From positions 64,001 to 128,000 of the forward strand of contig CAWCMR010000013.1 in the NCBI GenBank assembly GCA_963796685.1: a DNA stretch of 64,000 nt. The letters run 5' to 3'. Origin of the DNA: an uncultured delta proteobacterium. GTDB lineage: Bacteria > Myxococcota_A > Polyangia > Fen-1088. Below, piece after piece: positions 13,683-23,900 of this stretch. A model generated the notes under the pieces. The model saw only the letters and a list, made by a program, of their open reading frames with translations. It was not told the origin of the DNA and searched no databases. Within the stretch, counting starts at the first letter, position 1. Each line of letters opens with the position of its first letter. Position numbers and translations under genes: made by a program.

Positions 13683-14461
13683 GTCCCATGAATCTCGTGT
13701 TGATGGTATGGCGCCAAGAGAGCCCCAAGGCCGAGGGGCGCTTGCAGCGTATCGAGGCCAAGGATATCAGTGCGGAGATGTCCTTTTTGGAGATGCTGGA
13801 CGTCGTGAACGAGCGCCTCATGCTCGCGGGTGAACGGCCCATCGCCTTCGACCATGACTGTCGCGAGGGCATCTGCGGTACCTGCGGGGTGGTCATCAAC
13901 GGCATTCCCCACGGACCGCGGCCCGGGACCACGACCTGTCAGCTTCACATGCGCCAGTTCCACGACGGCCAGACCATCGTCATCGAGCCCTACCGGGCCA
14001 AGCCGTTCCCGGTCTTGCGCGACCTCATCGTGGACCGGTCTTCCCTCGACCGGATCATGGCGGCGGGCGGCTTCATCAGCGCGTCTACCGGGGCCGCTCC
14101 CGACGGGAATGCCGTCCCCGTGGCCAAGGCCAAGGCCGACGCGGCCATGGACGCTGCGGCTTGTATCGGGTGCGGGGCCTGCGTCGCCGCCTGTCCGAAT
14201 GCCTCGGCCATGCTCTTCGCCGGGGCCAAGATCTCGCACCTCGGGCTTCTGCCCCAGGGACAGCCCGAGCGCTGGACGCGGGCGGAGAACATGGTCGCGG
14301 CCATGGACCACGAAGGCTTTGGACCGTGCACCAACATCACCGAGTGTTCCGCGGTGTGTCCCAAGGAGATTGACGTCAGCGTCATCGCCCGGATGAATAG
14401 AGACCGAATTGGTGCGATTTTTCTAGTAGCCAGGCGCTCGCTGGCGTCGGATAATGTTTAG
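13679..14461 (+). CDS. sdhB: Succinate dehydrogenase/fumarate reductase Fe-S subunit
   Basis: [33 protein letters not shown]. Confidence 0.96.
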
Positions 14462-14520
14462 GTAGGGGCGGTCGCGATTTTCGGAGCCGCCTTGGCTGAA
14501 TTCGATGCCTGGGGGTGACC

Positions 14521-15276
14521 ATGACGTCCTGTACGACGTGCGCGAAAGATTTTCCGAAGGAGTACAAGTACTGTCCGCTGTGCGGCGTACCTTTCGTCAA
14601 CACGAATGACCCGCGCTACTGGGGACGCAAGGCTCTGACCTCGCGGCTCGAGGGTGAGGATCTCTCGGTCTCCATCGAGGCACTCAAGAAGGCCTGCGAG
14701 CTGGCTCCCGACAACGCCCACCTCATGTCCGGGCTCGGCAATCTCTACTACCGGGCGGGCGAGCTGGAGCTTTCCATCGAGAGTCTCAAGAAGGCCATCG
14801 CCATGCAACCGGACTATCCGGATGCGCATTACGACCTGGCCCTGTCCTACTACCGGACCGGGCAAATCAACCTGGCCATCAAGTCGCTGGAAAAGTGCGT
14901 CGAGCTGAGCCGCGACTACCTGGCGGCCTATTATTGGCTGGGCATCAGCTACTACCATGTCGGCAAGGAGGTGGAGGCCATCGCCGCTTTCCGCCACCTG
15001 CTGGCTCTCAACCCGGCGTCGGTGATCGCCAACTACCACCTGGGCGTAAGCTACGCCGCTCTGGGGAAGTACGACGAGGCCATCGCGAACTTCAAGCGGG
15101 TGATCGAAATCTGCCCCGACGACCAGGCCGCCGCCTACCACCTGGGCATGGCCTACTACAACGCCCAGAAGGTCGGCGAGGCGACCAGCGTGTTTCGCAA
15201 TGCGGTCCAGCGCGACCCGGAGGACCGCCGCGCGATGAACATGTACGAGATGCTCACCGAGGTGCCGAGCATCTGA
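14521..15276 (+). CDS. Zinc-ribbon plus TPR-repeat protein
   Basis: CTTC...CPLCG, then about 6 TPR repeats (A.Y.LG..Y). Confidence 0.85.
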   Translation: MTSCTTCAKDFPKEYKYCPLCGVPFVNTNDPRYWGRKALTSRLEGEDLSVSIEALKKACELAPDNAHLMSGLGNLYYRAGELELSIESLKKAIAMQPDYPDAHYDLALSYYRTGQINLAIKSLEKCVELSRDYLAAYYWLGISYYHVGKEVEAIAAFRHLLALNPASVIANYHLGVSYAALGKYDEAIANFKRVIEICPDDQAAAYHLGMAYYNAQKVGEATSVFRNAVQRDPEDRRAMNMYEMLTEVPSI

Positions 15277-15351
15277 GGCGAGGCCGGGGAGCGCTGGCGC
15301 GCCGACGCGTTGACCGCACGAACGGATCGGGACTAAGCTCCGAGCTCGAAC

Positions 15352-15978
15352 ATGGCGACTGTCACGTCATCCGTCGAGGTCATTCACGGCGCGCTGGCCA
15401 ATGCGCACCTGCTCGACGCCAAGGTGCAGGTGCTGCGGCAGCGGTTTCCGAGAAGCATCATCGATCGCTACCTGGAGTCGATTCCGCAGCTCGCGGACGG
15501 GGTTCTCCTGGCCCCAGGGGCGGCGGTGGTGGGCGACGTGCGATTGGGGAAGGATGTGTCGTTCTGGTATGGCAGCGTCGCGCGCGGCGATCTCGCGCCC
15601 GTCATCGTGGGGGATCGTTCGAATATTCAGGACGGCAGCGTGATGCACGTCGCGGACAACACGCCTTGCGTGGTGGGCTGCGACGTAGTGGTCGGACATC
15701 GCGTGATGTTGCACGCGTGTCGGGTGGAGGATGCCTGCCTCATCGGCATGCAGGCGACGCTGCTCGACGACTGTGTGATCGGCGAAGGCTCCATCGTTGG
15801 CGCCGGGGCCTTGGTCACCCAGCGCATGGTGATCCCGCCGCACAGCCTGGTGCTGGGCGCACCCGCCAGCGTGGTGCGCACGCTTTCGGCGGCGAAGGCC
15901 GACGAGCACCGCGCCCTGGCCGCGAAATACATGCGCGTGAAGGAAAACTACCTGCGCGACAGTTTGCGGCGGGGGTAG
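15352..15978 (+). CDS. Gamma carbonic anhydrase family (hexapeptide repeat) protein
   Basis: ARGD, SNIQDGSVMH, VGHRVMLHAC. Confidence 0.9.
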   Translation: MATVTSSVEVIHGALANAHLLDAKVQVLRQRFPRSIIDRYLESIPQLADGVLLAPGAAVVGDVRLGKDVSFWYGSVARGDLAPVIVGDRSNIQDGSVMHVADNTPCVVGCDVVVGHRVMLHACRVEDACLIGMQATLLDDCVIGEGSIVGAGALVTQRMVIPPHSLVLGAPASVVRTLSAAKADEHRALAAKYMRVKENYLRDSLRRG

Positions 15979-16007
15979 GCCGGGCTTTCGCCTGGACACC
16001 GGGGACG

Positions 16008-16634
16008 CTAGGCGCTTAGCTTGGCGCCGATCTTGGTGGCGTGCGTGCCTTGGAAGCGGGCGGCGGCCAGCTCATTCTCGCTCGGCATGCGTTCGCCCTT
16101 CCCGCCGCTGATGGTGCTCGCGCCGTAGGGCGAGCCACCGGTGATCTCGTCGATGCGCATCTGTCCGGCAAAGCTGTAGGGCAGGCCCACCACAACCATC
16201 CCATGATGGAGCAGGGTGGTGTGAAGACCGAGAATGGTGGACTCCTGGCCACCGTGTTGCGTGGCCGAGCTGGTAAGCACGCTGCCCACCTTGCCGACCA
16301 GCTTGCCGGTGGCCCACAACTCACCTGTGGCATCGAGGAACGCGCGCATCTGCGCGGCCACGGTGCCGAAGCGGGTGGGCGCGCCGAACAGGATGACGTC
16401 TGCGCTCGCCAGGTCGTCGATGGTGGCGACGGGAACGTGGGCGAAGGCGCCCTGGGCGGCCTTGGCCCCCATCTTTTCCAGCACGTCGTCCGGTAGGGTT
16501 TCAGGAACGCGCTTCACCACCACGTTGGCACCGGGCACGGAACGAGCGCCTTCGGCCGCAGCCTCGGCCATCCTGTAGATGTGTCCGTAGGTCGAATAGA
16601 ACAGGACGAGAACGTTGGTCTTTGCATCAGCCAT
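16008..16634 (-). CDS. wrbA: NAD(P)H:quinone oxidoreductase WrbA
   Basis: [29 protein letters not shown]. Confidence 0.95.
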   Translation of the reverse strand: MADAKTNVLVLFYSTYGHIYRMAEAAAEGARSVPGANVVVKRVPETLPDDVLEKMGAKAAQGAFAHVPVATIDDLASADVILFGAPTRFGTVAAQMRAFLDATGELWATGKLVGKVGSVLTSSATQHGGQESTILGLHTTLLHHGMVVVGLPYSFAGQMRIDEITGGSPYGASTISGGKGERMPSENELAAARFQGTHATKIGAKLSA

Positions 16635-17103
16635 GGGATCTCCTTGCGACTGGGGTTCGATTTTGTGTGCCGAGGGTGCGGCACAGCCGACGCAGGGTCG
16701 CCTGCTCGGCCGGGGAAAGAATTCCAAAGTGGTCGACGATGGTCGTCAGGTGGCGCGGAAAGACCGCCTCGATGTGCTTGCGCCCGGCCGGTGTCAGCGC
16801 CACGGTCACGAGGCGACGGTCGGAGGTGCTGCGCGTACGGGTCACGAGCCCGCGCTCTTCCAGGTTGTCCACCACGATCGTCACGTTGCCACCCGAAACC
16901 AGGAGCTTGTGCGCCAGCTCCTTCTGGCAGAGCGGCCCCAAGTGCAAGAGCGTTTCGAGGATGCCGAACTGGCTCGCGGTCAAGTCGTGGCGGGACAGCC
17001 CCTGCGAAAGCCGTGCCGTCAGCGAGTCCGCGGCCCGCATCAAGGTGATGAAGGCGTCGAGAGCCCGCTTCTCCTTGTCGGTTCCTTGGTGGTGGGTTGC
17101 CAT
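16627..17103 (-). CDS. MarR-family regulator (MhqR-like)
   Basis: [34 protein letters not shown]; overlaps wrbA start. Confidence 0.9.
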   Translation of the reverse strand: MATHHQGTDKEKRALDAFITLMRAADSLTARLSQGLSRHDLTASQFGILETLLHLGPLCQKELAHKLLVSGGNVTIVVDNLEERGLVTRTRSTSDRRLVTVALTPAGRKHIEAVFPRHLTTIVDHFGILSPAEQATLRRLCRTLGTQNRTPVARRSHG

Positions 17104-17116
17104 CGTTGCTACCTGA

Positions 17117-17136
17117 ATGATTCGAACTTGAACAAT
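17117..17136. promoter_or_regulatory. Candidate MarR operator
   Basis: AT-rich imperfect palindrome ATGATTCGAACTTGAACAAT just upstream of the marR start. Confidence 0.45.
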
Positions 17137-17320
17137 TAGATGTCGACCGAAGCCGAAGGTTACCAACGCTGCTATTCGGCGAGCGGGCAGGGGGTATCGG
17201 GCGCCTGACCGCGCCCGACACCTGGACGAAGGCTTGTGGGAACGTCGGTGCCGGCGGCTGCGTGTCTCGCTTCCTTCCTTCCGCGGCCGAACGCGTCTAC
17301 ACTGGCGAGGGAGGCCTTCC

Positions 17321-18829
17321 ATGTCCTACGCGGCTCTGGTGAAACATCATCGAACGCTCTTCCACCTTGGTCATGTCGATGCCATGGCCTCATGGGACGA
17401 GGCCACCATGATGCCCATCGGAGGAGGGGAGGCCCGAGGCGAGGCGCTGTCCACACTTCGCGGAATCATTCACCAGCAGGCGACCCATGAAAGGCTGGCC
17501 GAGTTGTTCGCAGCTGCGGCCAAAGAAGCGGCAACGCTCTCCCCGTGGCAGCAGGCAAACCTGCGCTTGATGGAGCGGGAGTGGTTGCGCGCGACTGCAT
17601 TGTCGCAGGGCTTGGTCGAAGCGATGTCGAGTGCGGAATCACGCAGCGAACAGGCGTGGCGGCAGCTTGGGCCGGACAATGACTTTGCCCGATTCTTGCC
17701 ATTTTTCCGTGAAGTCGTGCGGCTGAAGCGAGAAGCGGCACAAGCCTTGGGCGAGAGACTGGCCGTCAGTCCCTACGACGCTCTTCTCGACGCATTCGAG
17801 CCGGACGCGCGGGCCGCATCGATCGCGCCATTGCTCGCTCGGCTGCGCGCCTTTCTTCCTGGCTTCATCGCCAGGGCCGTGGAACGACAGTCTTGCGAGC
17901 CTGGCATTGCCAGCGAAGGGCCATTTCCAGAGGATCGCCAACATCGGCTGGCGCTGCACCTTATGCGTCGAGTGGGGTTCGATTTTGACCGTGGGCGTTT
18001 GGACGCCGCTCCGTCCCCGTTCTGCAGCAACGTGCCCACGGATGTCCGCATTGCCGTGCACTACAATGTCAATGATTACACCGAGGCCGTGATGGGGGTA
18101 ATGCACGAATGCGGCCATGCCAAGTACCAGCAGAATCTGCCGCCCGACTGGCTCGATCAACCGGTCGGGTGCGTGCGCAGCGCCAGCCTTCACGAAGGGC
18201 AGAGCCTGCTGCACGAGATGCAAGTGGGGCGAAGTCGTGTCTTTCTTGAGTTCGTGGCACCGATCATCGCGGAAGCATTCCCAGCCGCGGTTGCGCGCGG
18301 TCGTGGGGCGTTCAATTGCGAGAATCTCTTCTTGCGACTGACGCGGGTCAAGCCCGGATTGATTCGTAGGAGTGCAGATGAAGCGACCTACCCGTGTCAC
18401 ATCATCTTGCGCTTCGAGATCGAGAAAGGACTCATCGACGGTTCGTTGCGGCCCGAAGATGTTCCCGAGGCCTGGGACGCGAGCATGCATGAGATGCTCG
18501 GGCTCTCGACACGGGGGAACGATCGCGATGGATGCCTGCAAGACGTTCATTGGCCGGCAGGTATGTTCGGCCTTTTTCCGGGCTACACGCTGGGCGCGCT
18601 GACGGCGGCCCAGATGTTCGCTGCCGTGAAGCGTGCCTACCCCGACCTGAACGAGCAGATCCGTTGCGGTGAGTTCGGCGCTCTCGACGACTGGCTTCGC
18701 CAACATGTCTGGAGCCTCGGGTCCTCTTTGGGCTCCACGGAGATCATCGAGCGTGCCACGGGAAGCGCACTCGGCACGGAGGCGTTCGAGCGACACTTGG
18801 AGCGGCGCTATATCCTGCGCGAGGGATAG
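17321..18829 (+). CDS. M32-family (Taq-type) metallocarboxypeptidase
   Basis: WDEATMMP, PYDALLD, HECGH, SLHEGQS, IRRSADE, GCLQDVHW. Confidence 0.92.
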   Translation: MSYAALVKHHRTLFHLGHVDAMASWDEATMMPIGGGEARGEALSTLRGIIHQQATHERLAELFAAAAKEAATLSPWQQANLRLMEREWLRATALSQGLVEAMSSAESRSEQAWRQLGPDNDFARFLPFFREVVRLKREAAQALGERLAVSPYDALLDAFEPDARAASIAPLLARLRAFLPGFIARAVERQSCEPGIASEGPFPEDRQHRLALHLMRRVGFDFDRGRLDAAPSPFCSNVPTDVRIAVHYNVNDYTEAVMGVMHECGHAKYQQNLPPDWLDQPVGCVRSASLHEGQSLLHEMQVGRSRVFLEFVAPIIAEAFPAAVARGRGAFNCENLFLRLTRVKPGLIRRSADEATYPCHIILRFEIEKGLIDGSLRPEDVPEAWDASMHEMLGLSTRGNDRDGCLQDVHWPAGMFGLFPGYTLGALTAAQMFAAVKRAYPDLNEQIRCGEFGALDDWLRQHVWSLGSSLGSTEIIERATGSALGTEAFERHLERRYILREG

Positions 18830-18922
18830 CGCCCAGCCAAAGATACCGGCCGCTACTGGCCCTGCTCCCCTGGGTAGGTACCAGGTGGGTACCACCCCTG
18901 GTCACCTGGGCATCACCCCCCT

Positions 18923-19802
18923 TCTCTTCGTCCCAGGTCAGGGTCCGCGTGGCGCCCATGTACACGTTCCCGGTGTTGTTGCCGTTGCCGTCGTAACTGA
19001 CCACGTGGTCGTTGGCGCTGCCGGTTGACGACGTCTCTTTGATCTTCGAAGCCGCATGTGGACGTGTCCCGGCGTAGGTGTAGTCGAGCGTGTAGCTGTA
19101 GCTCGATACCGTGTGGTCGAAGCGATACCCATCCAGGGCCGCCAGGCCGGCGGGCGGATTCTGGTTGTCCCAGACCAGACGACGTTCGAGCTGCGACTTC
19201 TTCTGCAGGTTGGCGGTCTCGTCGTACTGGAAGGTGCTGGTGTAGTCGTACCCATACCCACGGTCCGGTCGGTATTCACCCGTTGCTCCCGTGAGCTGGT
19301 ACAGGTTGTCGTAGGTGTATTGCATCCGCATCGGTCCGGTTCGCACGCTGGCGTTCTGCCAAGTGTACACCGTGCTCGCGTTCTCGACCTTGGTGATGTT
19401 GCCCACCAGGTCGTAGTAGTAATGCATGGCGTGGAACGGGGTCGCGGGCTTGTGGAGCTGCCGTTCCTGCTGCCCAAGCGAGGCCGCGTTGATCGTTTGC
19501 AGCCGTCGGGTCAGCGGGTCGTAGCCGTATTTGCTCACGATGCCGTTGCCCGAGGTCATGATCCGACGCTGCTCGAACTCGTCGTAGCCCATGTGGTTGA
19601 GGTAGGCGAAGTCCTTTACGAACTCTGGGTGCTGCGGGTTCGTGGTCTGCTGGTGGCCGGTGATCCTGTCGATGTTGCCGCCCCGGTCGTAGAAGTACGA
19701 CACCAGCTCGCCTTCGCCGGCGATGTTCGCCCAGTTGTTATCGATCCAATTCGGGAAGGTCATGGTCTGCATGCGCCCGAACGAGTCGTAGCTGAACTTC
19801 AT
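18923..19802 (-). pseudogene. Orphan RHS-core fragment, near-identical copy of 22062-22941
   Basis: 880-bp direct repeat at offset 3139; encodes MKFSYDSFGRM...LTWDEE, then diverges; no DPxG motif or toxin tip. Confidence 0.92.
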
Positions 19803-20000
19803 GCCGGTCAGGTTGTGGTGTCGGCGAGCGGGCAGCGGCGAGGCGACACTTGGCCGAATGTGACGGCTGCGTCGCCCGGCGGCGCTTTCCGTGCGCCGCT
19901 GATCGGGCGACTCCGCGAGCGCCGCTGCCCTGACTGTCACCTACTTCGACCGACCGAGGAAGTGGTACGCCTTCGGGAAGGAGACGGTGGCCGGCGAGCA

Positions 20001-20546
20001 AGCGACGGCACGGGCGGCCCGCGGGGCCGAGCACGGCCTCCGCGGCTATGTCCTTGTCCTATCGGACCAGTCGGGAAATAGTTGCGTGGAAACTTCGTGG
20101 CACATAGCACAGACGTTCGCCACTGCACCCGTGCTGCAGCCGGATGGGCAAAAGTCCCCATTGGCCGCCGCCAGCAGGAAACTACGCATGTCATTTCGCC
20201 CCGGCGCACTTGACTTGATCATGACAGACGCAGGGAAGACCAGGGGAAGACCCTGGAGCCTTCACGCCGAATATCGATCTCGGCAACCCATTTCTCGTTG
20301 CCAGCGCAACCCATGGCCGCAGGCGCGCGCGAGCAAGGCCCGTGATGCGGTGACCGCGGCACGATCGTGGCGCTGTTTGCTCCACCACCCCGATGGAGCG
20401 GGACGCCCGTGCGGTCGCGGCGTGAAGAAATGCTCGGACCTAGTTGATGATGGAGCGACGGCACGGGCAGCCCGCGGGGCTAGGGCACGGCCACCGTGGC
20501 CATGTTTTTGTCCTATCGGACCAGCCGAAGATAGTTGTGAAAAACT
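20001..20546. repeat. Two imperfect direct repeats of about 94 bp (20001-20094 and 20454-20546)
   Basis: Both read AGCGACGGCACGGGC.GCCCGCGGGGC...GCACGGCC.CCG.GGC.ATGT..TTGTCCTATCGGACCAG...ATAGTTG...AAACT. Confidence 0.85.
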
Positions 20547-20554
20547 ACCCTCTG

Positions 20555-20911
20555 TCAGGAATCACGACTTCGACACCCCCGTAGCCGTTGCAACAGGAAG
20601 GCCATATGCTGGTCCGTCAGTTCCCCGTTTATCTCGGGATTAGCGATCTGGAACACGATCTCTTTGAGGGTATCCGACTGCGCAATGTCGTCTCTGCCTT
20701 CGACTATTTCTGCCCAGTCCCTGAGCTCGGCCAACGAAATGCGTCCACTAGCAGCCATCATCAATGCTCGCTCCACATCGCCAGAAGCAAGCACCACAAT
20801 CTCGTGCTCGGCGTCCCAGTCGAATGCAGAGAGCTCTTGCCGTATCTGGCTTATGCTGCGGCTCAGAGAAAGAAGAGCATTGAGAACTTCCTCTCGACTC
20901 TTGTTCGTCAT
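20555..20911 (-). CDS. Putative immunity protein for the RHS toxin tip
   Basis: 118-aa acidic protein, ATGA overlap with toxin stop, visibly lower GC like the toxin tip. Confidence 0.8.
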   Translation of the reverse strand: MTNKSREEVLNALLSLSRSISQIRQELSAFDWDAEHEIVVLASGDVERALMMAASGRISLAELRDWAEIVEGRDDIAQSDTLKEIVFQIANPEINGELTDQHMAFLLQRLRGCRSRDS

Positions 20912-23900
20912 GGATACTTCTGCTTAACGTGAACGACCTTACCTGCCGGATCGACCGTGGTCTTGATGTAGCCTTCAGTGTTGCCCTTGGGGCCGACCGT
21001 CTTCTGATAGATTGCCTTGGACCCAGGTACTCGGCCTGGAACTTCAGCCCGGAATGCTGCTCCACCACTCTTCAGCTTCTCCACCGAGGTAGGACCAGCT
21101 CCAGCAGGCAGCTTCTTTTCAAAGCGCGCAAGATTTGTCGCCTGTTGAGTGTTCAGAGGTCCTCCAGCTTTTCCAAACACCTCTGCGACAACGGGCACCA
21201 TCACGAACGGCGCAACATCTCGAACAATGTCCTCTGTAGTTCTGGCGGGTATCTCGACATCGTTCGGACCGGGAGCATTGGCCGTCCCTTCTCCAAACGC
21301 CGCCACCCCGGCAGCAATGGGCAATGAGGCTATCGCGAGCGCCGCCTTGCCAACACCAGCCGCTGTCGGAGCCTCCAGCTTGGTCTGTCTGACAATACTG
21401 GTTTCCTCCCACGGAACCCCCGCGCGCAGTTGCATATCAGTCATCACGACAATGGCCGACTCGCGACCATTGGGATCACGAAGCACCACAGGGTTGTTCC
21501 TGGAGTAGGTAAACACCGCGAGGTTCGATGGGGTGAGCGCACCTCCAGTTAGCCCGCCTCCATGCATGAAGTCCGCGAGCGCTGGCTCCGCGCTCTGCCA
21601 CACGCTCGTCTTCGGGTCGTAGTATCTGGCCCCGAAGTAGTAGTACCCCGTATCGAAGTCCAGCTCCTTGCTGTTGAAGATCCAGCTCCGGCGCATGTTG
21701 TCGGGACGGCCGAGGTCGCATTCCTCTTGGTCGCCGGTGTCGCGCTCGCCGAAGGGGAAGTAGCGCTCGTGTTGCAGCAGGGTCTGGTCCCCGGCGCTGG
21801 TGTAGCTGGTACTGCCCAGGTGGTCGGGGTGGTAGTACGAGATCATCGGCACCTGCGAGATGGGGTCGGTCTTGGTCACGATGCGGGTCTCGCCTGCGAA
21901 GATGTGCTTGGTGGGCAGGATGCCGGAGGGTTGCAGCACGAAGAACTGGTTCACGTAGAAGGCGTCGCCCGCGGAGGTCTGCCTTTGGGTGCGCTCGCCG
22001 TCGGGGCTGTACAGGAACTTGCCGCGAGATACCGTGGCATCCTTGACCTCCTTGAGGCGGCTCTCTTCGTCCCAGGTCAGGGTCCGCGTGGCGCCCATGT
22101 ACACGTTCCCGGTGTTGTTCCCGTTGCCGTCGTAGCTCACCACGTGGTCGTTGGCGCTGCCGGTCGACGACGTCTCTTTGATCTTCGAAGCGGCATGCGG
22201 GCGCGCCCCGGCGTAGGTGTAGTCGAGCGTGTAGCTGTAGCTCGATACCGTGTGGTCGAAGCGATACCCATCCAGGGCCGCCAGGCCGGCGGGCGGATTC
22301 TGGTTGTCCCAGACCAGACGACGTTCGAGCTGCGACTTCTTCTGCAGGTTGGCGGTCTCGTCGTACTGGAAGGTGCTGGTGTAGTCGTACCCATACCCAC
22401 GGTCCGGTCGGTATTCACCCGTTGCTCCCGTGAGCTGGTACAGGTTGTCGTAGGTGTATTGCATCCGCATCGGTCCGGTTCGCACGCTCGCGTTTTGCCA
22501 AGTGTACACCGTGCTCGCGTTTTCGACCTTCGTGATGTTCCCCACCAGGTCGTAGTAGTAATGCATGGCGTGGAACGGGGTCGCGGGCTTGTGGAGCTGC
22601 CGTTCCTGCTGCCCAAGCGAGGCCGCGTTGATCGTTTGCAGCCGTCGGGTCAGCGGGTCGTAGCCGTATTTGCTCACGATGCCGTTGCCCGAGGTCATGA
22701 TCCGACGCTGCTCGAACTCGTCGTAGCCCATGTGGTTGAGGTAGGCGAAGTCCTTTACGAACTCTGGGTGCTGCGGGTTCGTGGTCTGCTGGTGGCCGGT
22801 GATCCTGTCGATGTTGCCGCCCCGGTCGTAGAAGTACGACACCAGCTCGCCTTCGCCGGCGATGTTCGCCCAGTTGTTATCGATCCAATTCGGGAAGGTC
22901 ATGGTCTGCATGCGCCCGAACGAGTCGTAGCTGAACTTCATCGTAAACACCTGGTTCGCGAGCGACGGCTGCGCCATGTGCTTGAGCGAGGTCACCGTCT
23001 TGTTCACGTTGCCCATCTTGTCGTAGGTGCGTGTCTCGCTGCCGCCCTCCATCGTCACCTGCTTCACCCGCCCGGCAAGATTGCCCGTGCCGCCCTTCTC
23101 GGCGTTGGTGCCGTAGGTGTACGTTACATCGGTCATGTTGGGATAGTCGATGGTCTTCAGCCGATTCGAGCTCGTCTCGTACACGTACTTGATGAATTTG
23201 GTCTGACCCGCCAGCACTGCCGTCTGCTTGGCGCCCAGGTTACCGTTCAGATCGTAGAGGTACTCGGTCTTGCCGGCGTCCGGTGAGGTCAAGGCAACCA
23301 TCTGCCCGAGCGTATCGTACTCTGCAGTGGTTTCCTTCAGTTTGGCATCGACGACCTTCAGCATCTCTCCCATCGCGTTGTACTGGTACTGCGTGATGAG
23401 CGGGGTGAGCGAGGTCGAGGTGCCGATTTGGTTGTATTCCTTGACGGCGATGCGTCGTCCGACGGAATCGTCATAGGTTATTTTCTGACCAGTATTCGCA
23501 GCCGCACCCGCCGCGTTGCCCATCGCGTCGGTCACGAGGGTGGCCAGCCACGTACCGGACACCGAAGGATCCGCAGTCGAGACGAAGTATTGGGTTGTGG
23601 TAGTTGCGTTATCCGGCCCAATGACCTTGATGGTACGACCGAGTGAATCGTAGACGTACGCCGTTGGGTGGAGGCTGGGTGCGATTACGAACGTGGTCTC
23701 GGGACCCTGGTCGAACACTGGTTGATCCTGCGTGGCAACTCGGCCACGCCTGTCGAAGCTTACGAGACCACTTACGGACATACCCGTCAACGTGCTCCCC
23801 GTCCCAGTCACGTCGAACTCCAGATCCTTCTTCGTTTGAATCACCCGCTCGAGGCCATCGATGAACGTCACGGTGTCGATGGTGTCGCTGGAGTGCTGAA

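Noticed and set aside
19987-20643. 218-aa plus-strand ORF between orphan RHS and immunity gene
   Set aside because: Runs through the non-coding direct repeats, overlaps the immunity gene antisense, no motifs
18923-22941. Template/variable repeat pair of a diversity-generating retroelement
   Set aside because: No reverse transcriptase; differences are mostly silent and not adenine-specific; repeat is far longer than a typical TR
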